A stretch of 64,000 nucleotides of DNA, from contig CAWJEN010000005.1 of the NCBI GenBank assembly GCA_963841915.1, positions 416,001 to 480,000 on the forward strand, in the 5' to 3' direction. Position numbers and translations under genes: made by a program. Shown one piece after another: positions 57,967 to 64,000 of this stretch (position 1 is its first letter; each line of letters begins with the position of its first letter). The notes beneath the pieces were generated by a model, which had not been told where the DNA came from, did no database searches, and was given only the letters and a program-made list of their open reading frames with translations. Source of the DNA: an uncultured Planctomycetota bacterium (GTDB lineage: Bacteria > Planctomycetota > Phycisphaerae > Tepidisphaerales > Tepidisphaeraceae).

Positions 57967-58569
57967 ATGCGCAAGGATGCGATCGATCTGCTGGACCGCG
58001 TGGCAACGGGCAAGAGGCAGTTGCCTTTTAACGAAGCGTTTCCGACGGCGGCCGTCGATGCTCCGGCCCGGCACGATGTCGCCGCTGCGGTGGAGGCGGC
58101 GTTGTTTGCATCACCCGAAGCCGTCGACGCCGTCCGCTTGGCTGATGCCGTCGACATCACTCCGGCGGCGGTCCGGCTTGCGGTCGACTCGCTCAATGAC
58201 ACCTATGAGGAAACCGGCCGATCGTTTCGCATTCGCGAAACGGCCCGCGGCTACCGGTACATGACGCTTCCGAGCTTCGACGAAGTTGTCAGGCGGCTGC
58301 TCGAACTTGAGATCCGACGCAAGCGGCTCACGCCTGCCGTGCGAGAGACGCTCGCCATTGTCGCCTATCGCCAACCCACCTTGCGGAGTGATGTCGAGGC
58401 CGTTCGCGGCGTTGACAGCGGCAACGCACTGCGCACATTGCTCGATGAGAAGCTCGTCCACGTCGCCGGCCGTGCCGACCTGCCTGGGCGGCCAATGTTG
58501 TACAAGACGACCGAACGTTTTCTTGATCTGCTCGGCTTGGCGACGATCGAGCAATTACCAGAGGCGTGA
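57967..58569 (+). CDS. scpB: SMC-Scp complex subunit ScpB
   Basis: Motifs VEAALFAS, ETLAIVAYRQP, VEAVRGVD and GRADLPGRPMLYKTTERFL. Confidence 0.93.
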   Translation: MRKDAIDLLDRVATGKRQLPFNEAFPTAAVDAPARHDVAAAVEAALFASPEAVDAVRLADAVDITPAAVRLAVDSLNDTYEETGRSFRIRETARGYRYMTLPSFDEVVRRLLELEIRRKRLTPAVRETLAIVAYRQPTLRSDVEAVRGVDSGNALRTLLDEKLVHVAGRADLPGRPMLYKTTERFLDLLGLATIEQLPEA

Positions 58570-59946
58570 TCACGCGAGCCCCAGCCACGGGGCGACCGGC
58601 CCTAGAACGATTGCCAATCCCATGAGGGCCGGTCGCACGTAATCGGCGACGTGGTTGTAGAACAGGATCAGGAGCAGTGAAGCAGCCGCGAGATATGGGC
58701 CGAACGGCATCTCGCGGAGCGACTTGGTGAGCATTTGCACGACGGCAAAAGCCAGGCCCAGCAAGGCCGCCGGGAAGACTGCAATGGCGGCAGGCCCGGC
58801 ACCGAGGCAGGCACCGACGCCGAACATCAGGTCGGCGTCACCGAGTCCCATCGCCTCGCGACCGAAGGCGAGGGAGCCGAACAGGCGGACGCCCCAGATG
58901 ACGCCACCCCCGACGAGGCCACCCAGCACGGCACCCAGCCCGCTGGCAAGTGGCCTTGTCTCTGCAATTGAGGTGAAGGTTGATGCCAATGGCCCGAGTG
59001 CCAGCCACACCGTCAAAAGACCGAGAAGTACGGGGAAAGTAAGAAACGCCAGCTCCCAGAGCATCTCGCGACGGACGAGTCGGGCCTCGTCTCTCGCCTC
59101 GACCGCGGTCCGTTGTGCTGAGCCACCGGCGGCAATGCGTTCAACTTCCAGCATCGGAAGCTCGTCGCGGAAACTCTGCCTGAGCAAGCCGAATTTCAAA
59201 AACATAAGGGAAAGCAGCAAGCCTACACCGCCGCCGATGGCCCAGGCGCAGCCGACGGGGCCGACGCTGACGTCGAGCGGGCCGTTGACATTGCCGAAGG
59301 CCGTGTGCAGGCCGACGCCGAAGACGGCCGGCAGGTAGCTCAGGCCACGCGGAATGTGGAAGTGCTCCGCATCGATCATCGACGCGCCGAGCAGGCACCA
59401 CACGAGCATGAGCAGGATGACGAGCATCGGCCAATCGGCCAGCACCTCCGCCGTCGCCCGCAGGTACGACACCGGCGGCACGCCGACGACGCCGTTAGTC
59501 GTTACCGGCTCATAACTTCGCAGGCCGCTGTACGTCGTGCTGGTGATGTTCCCGGCGAGTTCGATAGTCGGTGTCGGCGGACCCCAGGCGGGGCCCAGCA
59601 GGAAGATCGTGACATACAAACCGACGAAAAGCACCGCCGTCGCCGCCTCGACAATCGGATACCGCGGGCTGATCGGCAGGCCACAGTTGCGACACTTGCC
59701 GCGGAGTCTGAGCCACCCGATGATCGGCAAGTTATCGTGCCATTTCAGCCCCGCCTCGCATTTTGGACAGCGACTGGGGGGGTAGCTGATGCGCCTTATC
59801 TGTAGCCAGAACGTGCGCAGCAGTCCTAAATTTTCGGGCAATTCCGTCGCGGGTACACGCAGAACAACCACATTAAGGAACGATCCGGCGCACGCCCCGA
59901 AGGCGAACAGGAAGAACAGAGCAATGATGTGAAAAGAGACGGGCAT
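58570..59946 (-). CDS. pilD: Prepilin peptidase (A24)
   Basis: Motifs GSFLNVV, SRCPKC, LRGKCRNC..PISPRYP, IDAEH, MGLGD and MPFGPYL. Start ATG 59946. Confidence 0.93.
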   Translation of the reverse strand: MPVSFHIIALFFLFAFGACAGSFLNVVVLRVPATELPENLGLLRTFWLQIRRISYPPSRCPKCEAGLKWHDNLPIIGWLRLRGKCRNCGLPISPRYPIVEAATAVLFVGLYVTIFLLGPAWGPPTPTIELAGNITSTTYSGLRSYEPVTTNGVVGVPPVSYLRATAEVLADWPMLVILLMLVWCLLGASMIDAEHFHIPRGLSYLPAVFGVGLHTAFGNVNGPLDVSVGPVGCAWAIGGGVGLLLSLMFLKFGLLRQSFRDELPMLEVERIAAGGSAQRTAVEARDEARLVRREMLWELAFLTFPVLLGLLTVWLALGPLASTFTSIAETRPLASGLGAVLGGLVGGGVIWGVRLFGSLAFGREAMGLGDADLMFGVGACLGAGPAAIAVFPAALLGLAFAVVQMLTKSLREMPFGPYLAAASLLLILFYNHVADYVRPALMGLAIVLGPVAPWLGLA

Positions 59947-60041
59947 CGTGCGGCAGGTCCATCGTCGGATGCCGGGGGTCGCGGGGCAAGTCACAGACGA
60001 CCTTGAGCGGCAAGACCGCCACCCATCGATACGCTTGCGTC

Positions 60042-61337
60042 ATGACACAGATGCTTTGCGGGTTGTTCGTGCTATGCCTGACACTCCCCGTCGCCGCCGA
60101 CTGGGAAGCCGACGCCGACAGACGCATCGAGCAGCACCGCAAGGGTGACTTCGCCGTAAGCGTTGTCGACGCGGCGGGGCGGCCGATGGCGAACGTGCCA
60201 ATTCACCTGCGACTGACCCGGCACGACTACCTCTTCGGCACCGCGCTTGCCGCGCCGTCGCTGGCGTCGCTCTCTGAGAACGATCCGTACAAAGTCTGGG
60301 CAAAACAGCTCTTCAATCGCGGCACCCTTGAGAACTACCACAAGTGGTACGCCCAGCAGCCTAAGCAGAAGGACAAGCGGGCGGTCGCCGACGCGGCCGT
60401 CGCGTGGATGCGAGACAACGGCATGACCGTCACCGGTCATGTCGTTTTGTGGGCGTCGATCAAGTACGGCGTCCCCATGAGCGACGAAGCCGAAGCCATC
60501 GTTCAGCAAGACACACATACCGACGAGGACCGTCAAACCCTCCGACGCCTCGTCCTCGGGCACGGCCGCGACATCGCCGAGCGACACGGAGGCAGAGTCG
60601 AGATGTGGGACGTGCTCAACGAACACTTCAGCGAGCACGAGATCTCCAAGATCACGCACCCCGATGACCCGCAGCGCGACCCGCTCCTGGTCGAGCTTTT
60701 TAAGATTGTTCGCAAAGCAGACCCGGCGGCTCTACTGCTTGTCAATGACTTCCACATCATCGTCGGCGACATGGTCGAGCACAAGGACAGCTACGAGCGA
60801 CTCATTCGCTTCCTGCTCGAGAATGACGCGCCGCTTGGCGGGATCGGTATGCAGTCGCACTACCACAACGGCGGCCTGCGACGCACGCCACAGCAGCTGC
60901 TCGAAACCCTCGACCGCTTCGGCCAGTTCGGCCTGCCGATCCACCTCAGCGAGTTCGATACGTTCGGTGGCAACTGGGGTGAGACGCAGGACGACATCGA
61001 GGCCGCCCAGGCCGAGTGGCTGCGGACGTTCTACAAAATCGCCTTCAGCCACGAGGCGACGATGGGCATCACCATGTGGGGCTTCTGGGACGGCCGCCAC
61101 TGGAACGACTCGGCCCCGCTGTTCCGCAAAGACTGGTCGAAGAAGCCCGGTTACGACGCCTACGTCGGCCTCGTCTTCGGCGAGTGGCAAACGGACGTGC
61201 TTCTGCAAACCGACGCAAACGGCAGAGCTAGCTTTCGCGGCTTCTTCGGCACCTACGTGGCAAGCGTCGGACACGCATCGCACCAGCTCGAACTCACACG
61301 CGACCAGCCGACGGCGACGGTTCAACTTCGGCCGTAG
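60042..61337 (+). CDS. GH10 glycoside hydrolase (endo-1,4-beta-xylanase family)
   Basis: Signal peptide, with ENYHKW, GHVVLW, WDVLNE, GIGMQSH, IHLSEFD and WGFWDG. Confidence 0.92.
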   Translation: MTQMLCGLFVLCLTLPVAADWEADADRRIEQHRKGDFAVSVVDAAGRPMANVPIHLRLTRHDYLFGTALAAPSLASLSENDPYKVWAKQLFNRGTLENYHKWYAQQPKQKDKRAVADAAVAWMRDNGMTVTGHVVLWASIKYGVPMSDEAEAIVQQDTHTDEDRQTLRRLVLGHGRDIAERHGGRVEMWDVLNEHFSEHEISKITHPDDPQRDPLLVELFKIVRKADPAALLLVNDFHIIVGDMVEHKDSYERLIRFLLENDAPLGGIGMQSHYHNGGLRRTPQQLLETLDRFGQFGLPIHLSEFDTFGGNWGETQDDIEAAQAEWLRTFYKIAFSHEATMGITMWGFWDGRHWNDSAPLFRKDWSKKPGYDAYVGLVFGEWQTDVLLQTDANGRASFRGFFGTYVASVGHASHQLELTRDQPTATVQLRP

Positions 61338-61342
61338 CTAGT

Positions 61343-62629
61343 TCAGTGCGGGCCGTCGGCCGGGGTTGGCGTCACGACCTCCAGCACCGCGTCGCGGGGC
61401 ACGTCGCGTTGCTCGCCGGTCGCCATGTCCTTGAGCGTCACGACACCCTCGGCTAATTCTCGGTCGCCGAGAATGAGGCACGTCGCAGCCTGGCTCTTGT
61501 TGGCAAGCTTGAATTGTGCCTTGATCCCGCGGCCGGCAAGATCGGTATCGGCAGCGAGGCCGGCCGCGCGAAGTTCGCGGACCAAGGCAAAGGCCGCGTC
61601 GCGGGCACCGTCGCTTTGGGCGACGACCCAAATCGGTAGGCGGTCGTCGTCGGCGGGGGGCGTGCCCTGAGCGTCAAGGGCCAGGAGCAGCCGCTCCATG
61701 CCCATGCCGAACCCGACGCCCGGCGTCGCCTTGCCACCGAGGGTTTCAACGAGGCCATCGTATCGACCACCGCCACCGACGGCCGATTGTGCGCCAAGGC
61801 CTCCGGCGACGTATTCCCACAGCGTGTCGGTGTAGTAGTCGAGTCCGCGGACCAGATTTGTGTTGAGCGTGTAGGCCGTGCCGCTGGCGTCGAGCAATTC
61901 GCGGACGCGGGCGAAGTGGTCGCGGCTCCTGTCGCTGAGGAAGTCGGCATTGACCGGCACGTCCTCGCGGGCGGCAATGTCACGCGGGTCTTTGCTGTCG
62001 AGAATGCGCAGCGGATTCGACTCGAGGCGTCGCTTCGACTCGTCGCTGAGGTCGACTGCCTTGGGACCGAAGAAGTCGCGAAGGGCGTCGGCGTAGCGGC
62101 GTTTGCTCTCACCGTCGCCGAGCGTATTCAGGTCGAGCCGAACGTCGCGCAGGCCGACGCGGCGGTAGAAATCGCTTTGGAGCAGGATGAGTTCGACGTC
62201 CTGCTCGGGCGAGGCGACTCCGAAGGCTTCGCACCCGAACTGGTGGTGCTGACGCAGGCGACCGGCCTGGGGCCGTTCGTATCGGAGCATCGGCGTGGCG
62301 AGGTAGTAGACCTTGGCCATCGCGCCCTGGTTGTCGAGCAGGCCCGCCTGAAGAAGCGCGCGGACGACCGGGGCCGTGCCCTCCGGGCGGAGGGTGACGC
62401 TGTCGCCGCCACGTGTCTCGAAGGTGTAAGTCTCTTTCGTGACGATGTCGGTCGCCTCACCGACGCCGCGGTGGAACAGGGCGGTGTGCTCGAAGACGGG
62501 CGTGCGGACTTCTTCGTAGAGGTACAAGTCAGCCACTTCGCGGGCAACGCGTTCGATGAACTGCCACTGCTTCGAGGCAGCCGGCAGCAGGTCGTTGGTG
62601 CCCTTAGGGCCTTGGATGCGGTCGGACAT
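61343..62629 (-). CDS. hisS: Histidine--tRNA ligase
   Basis: Motifs LRPEGTA, RYERPQAGRLRQHHQ, LVRGLDYYT, GGGRYDGL and GFGMGMER. Confidence 0.98.
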   Translation of the reverse strand: MSDRIQGPKGTNDLLPAASKQWQFIERVAREVADLYLYEEVRTPVFEHTALFHRGVGEATDIVTKETYTFETRGGDSVTLRPEGTAPVVRALLQAGLLDNQGAMAKVYYLATPMLRYERPQAGRLRQHHQFGCEAFGVASPEQDVELILLQSDFYRRVGLRDVRLDLNTLGDGESKRRYADALRDFFGPKAVDLSDESKRRLESNPLRILDSKDPRDIAAREDVPVNADFLSDRSRDHFARVRELLDASGTAYTLNTNLVRGLDYYTDTLWEYVAGGLGAQSAVGGGGRYDGLVETLGGKATPGVGFGMGMERLLLALDAQGTPPADDDRLPIWVVAQSDGARDAAFALVRELRAAGLAADTDLAGRGIKAQFKLANKSQAATCLILGDRELAEGVVTLKDMATGEQRDVPRDAVLEVVTPTPADGPH

Positions 62630-62656
62630 GGTCGAAATAGGTGGGACACGACGTAG

Positions 62657-62686
62657 GCCGCCGCGGCGGAAGCCCGACGCGGCGGC
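62657..62686 (-). terminator. GC-rich hairpin between tig and hisS
   Basis: gccgccgcg...cgcggcggc 9-bp arms with an internal cgg/ccg pair. No U-tract. Confidence 0.45.
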
Positions 62687-62712
62687 AGGTTCTCGTGCTA
62701 ATGTGCGTGACC

Positions 62713-64000
62713 CTACGTCACGTCTTCGGACTCGTCGTCGCCCTCGTCGGCGTTGCCGGTGGCTTCGTCGACGGCCTTTTGCTGCTCCTGGGCGGTCGGC
62801 TCGACCTCTTCGATTTTGGCACCCTCGATGAGAGCGTCGAGCGTCTTGCTCTCACGCATGGCAAGGGCCAGGTTCTGCAGGCTGCCGTCCTGCTGCATCG
62901 ACTGACGCAGCGTGTCGGGCCGCTGATCACGCTCCATGGCGAGCATCGCGATCTGGTTGTTGATCTCGCCCTCGTCGAGCTCGATCTCCTTGTCCTCGGC
63001 AACCTTGTCAAGAATGAAGAACGCCTTGAGCTCGTTCTTGGCCTCTTCGTCGGCACCTTCACGCAGCTTGTCGATGGCGGCGCGGACCTTGTCCTCGCTC
63101 ACGCCACGCTGCAGAAGCGTCATCGCCCGGCGGTTGACGACGCGGTTCGTCTGGCCGGCGGTCATCTTCTCGGGCAGCTCCAGCGTCGTGTTCTTGACGA
63201 GGTAGTCGCGGGCCTGGCGACGCATGGCGTTCTTGATGTCGTTGTCGACGCGCTCTTCCATCTGCTCGCGAAGGGCAGCCATCAGCTCGTCCTGGTTCTC
63301 GAAACCGAGGTCCTCGAGAAACGCCTGATCGACCACGGCAGGCGTGAGCTGACGCATGTCGTTGAGCACGACGGTGACCTTGGCGGTCTTGCCCTGCATC
63401 TTCTCGTTGCTGTGGTCGTCGGGGACCTTCAGGTCGAACGTGCGGGTTTCGCCGACGTTCATGCCCTTGACCTTGTCGGCGAAGTCATCGACAAGAATAC
63501 CTGCAATGCGACCACCACGGGCGATAAGCTGGGCCCCCTTCTGCTCGGCAACTGTTTCGCCTTCGAGATCGACGCTGACATCGGCAAAGAGATAGTCGCC
63601 TTCTTGGACGCCGCGACCTTCGACCGGGCCGAGCTGGCCCTGCTGATTGCGGAGGTTGTCGAGCGCCTGGTCGACGTGTTCGTCCTTGATCGTGATCTTG
63701 GCCTTCTTGACCGTCAGCTCGCCCATGTCGGGCAGTTCGAAGTCGGGGCGAACCTCGATCTTGAAGCTGTAGGTCAGGTCGCCCGACTCGGGCATTTTAA
63801 TGTTCTCGGCGTCGTCAAACTCCGGGTCGCCGAGCGGCCGAAGGTCGGCCTGCTTCAGGGCACTCTGGTAGCTCTCGCGGATGAGGTCACCGTGGACCTG
63901 CTCCTTCACCGCACCGCCGAACTTCTTGAGGATGACGTGGCGTGGGGCCTTACCGCGGCGGAAACCTGGGACGGCGGCGTCGGCGCCGATCTCGCCGTAG
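62713..64000 (-). CDS. tig: Trigger factor (5' end outside the window)
   Basis: VPGFRRGKAP ribosome-binding signature near 63940-63975, EVRPDFELP, and an FKBP-like middle domain. The frame is open to the window edge. Confidence 0.95.
   Translation of the reverse strand, partial: YGEIGADAAVPGFRRGKAPRHVILKKFGGAVKEQVHGDLIRESYQSALKQADLRPLGDPEFDDAENIKMPESGDLTYSFKIEVRPDFELPDMGELTVKKAKITIKDEHVDQALDNLRNQQGQLGPVEGRGVQEGDYLFADVSVDLEGETVAEQKGAQLIARGGRIAGILVDDFADKVKGMNVGETRTFDLKVPDDHSNEKMQGKTAKVTVVLNDMRQLTPAVVDQAFLEDLGFENQDELMAALREQMEERVDNDIKNAMRRQARDYLVKNTTLELPEKMTAGQTNRVVNRRAMTLLQRGVSEDKVRAAIDKLREGADEEAKNELKAFFILDKVAEDKEIELDEGEINNQIAMLAMERDQRPDTLRQSMQQDGSLQNLALAMRESKTLDALIEGAKIEEVEPTAQEQQKAVDEATGNADEGDDESEDVT

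Overview
A GC-rich bacterial chromosome segment, most likely from a Planctomycetota (Phycisphaerae-like) genome. That assignment is inferred from the aroD-aroE fusion, a dockerin/PEP-CTERM glycoside hydrolase, a giant PQQ-repeat protein, a Gln-rich membrane protein, Uma2 and a Ser/Thr kinase. The window is mostly housekeeping genes (surE, dapA, aroDE, rplM-rpsI, sppA, argG, a transketolase-family enzyme, rarA, leuS, ppdK, ndk, gap, rfaD, rfbC, rfbA, hldE, scpB, pilD, hisS, partial tig) with little operon structure. No rRNA, tRNA, CRISPR array, transposase or integrase was seen. The most notable signals are: (1) three canonical parS sites at 9955-11921 with no parB in the window; (2) a plasmid-like ParA + ribbon-helix-helix cassette preceded by an 8-bp-phased GACACC/GGTGTC array, about 1.2 kb from an AT-rich, DnaA-box-containing origin-like intergenic region; (3) a TANNNT -10 hexamer 5-9 nt (usually exactly 6) before many start codons with no Shine-Dalgarno, suggesting pervasive leaderless mRNAs; (4) a 160-bp element with 42-bp terminal inverted repeats; (5) a reconstructable glycoside hydrolase pseudogene; (6) a receiver-like protein with a FliM-like tail next to a diguanylate cyclase. 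Product calls come from motif recognition only; no database searches were run.
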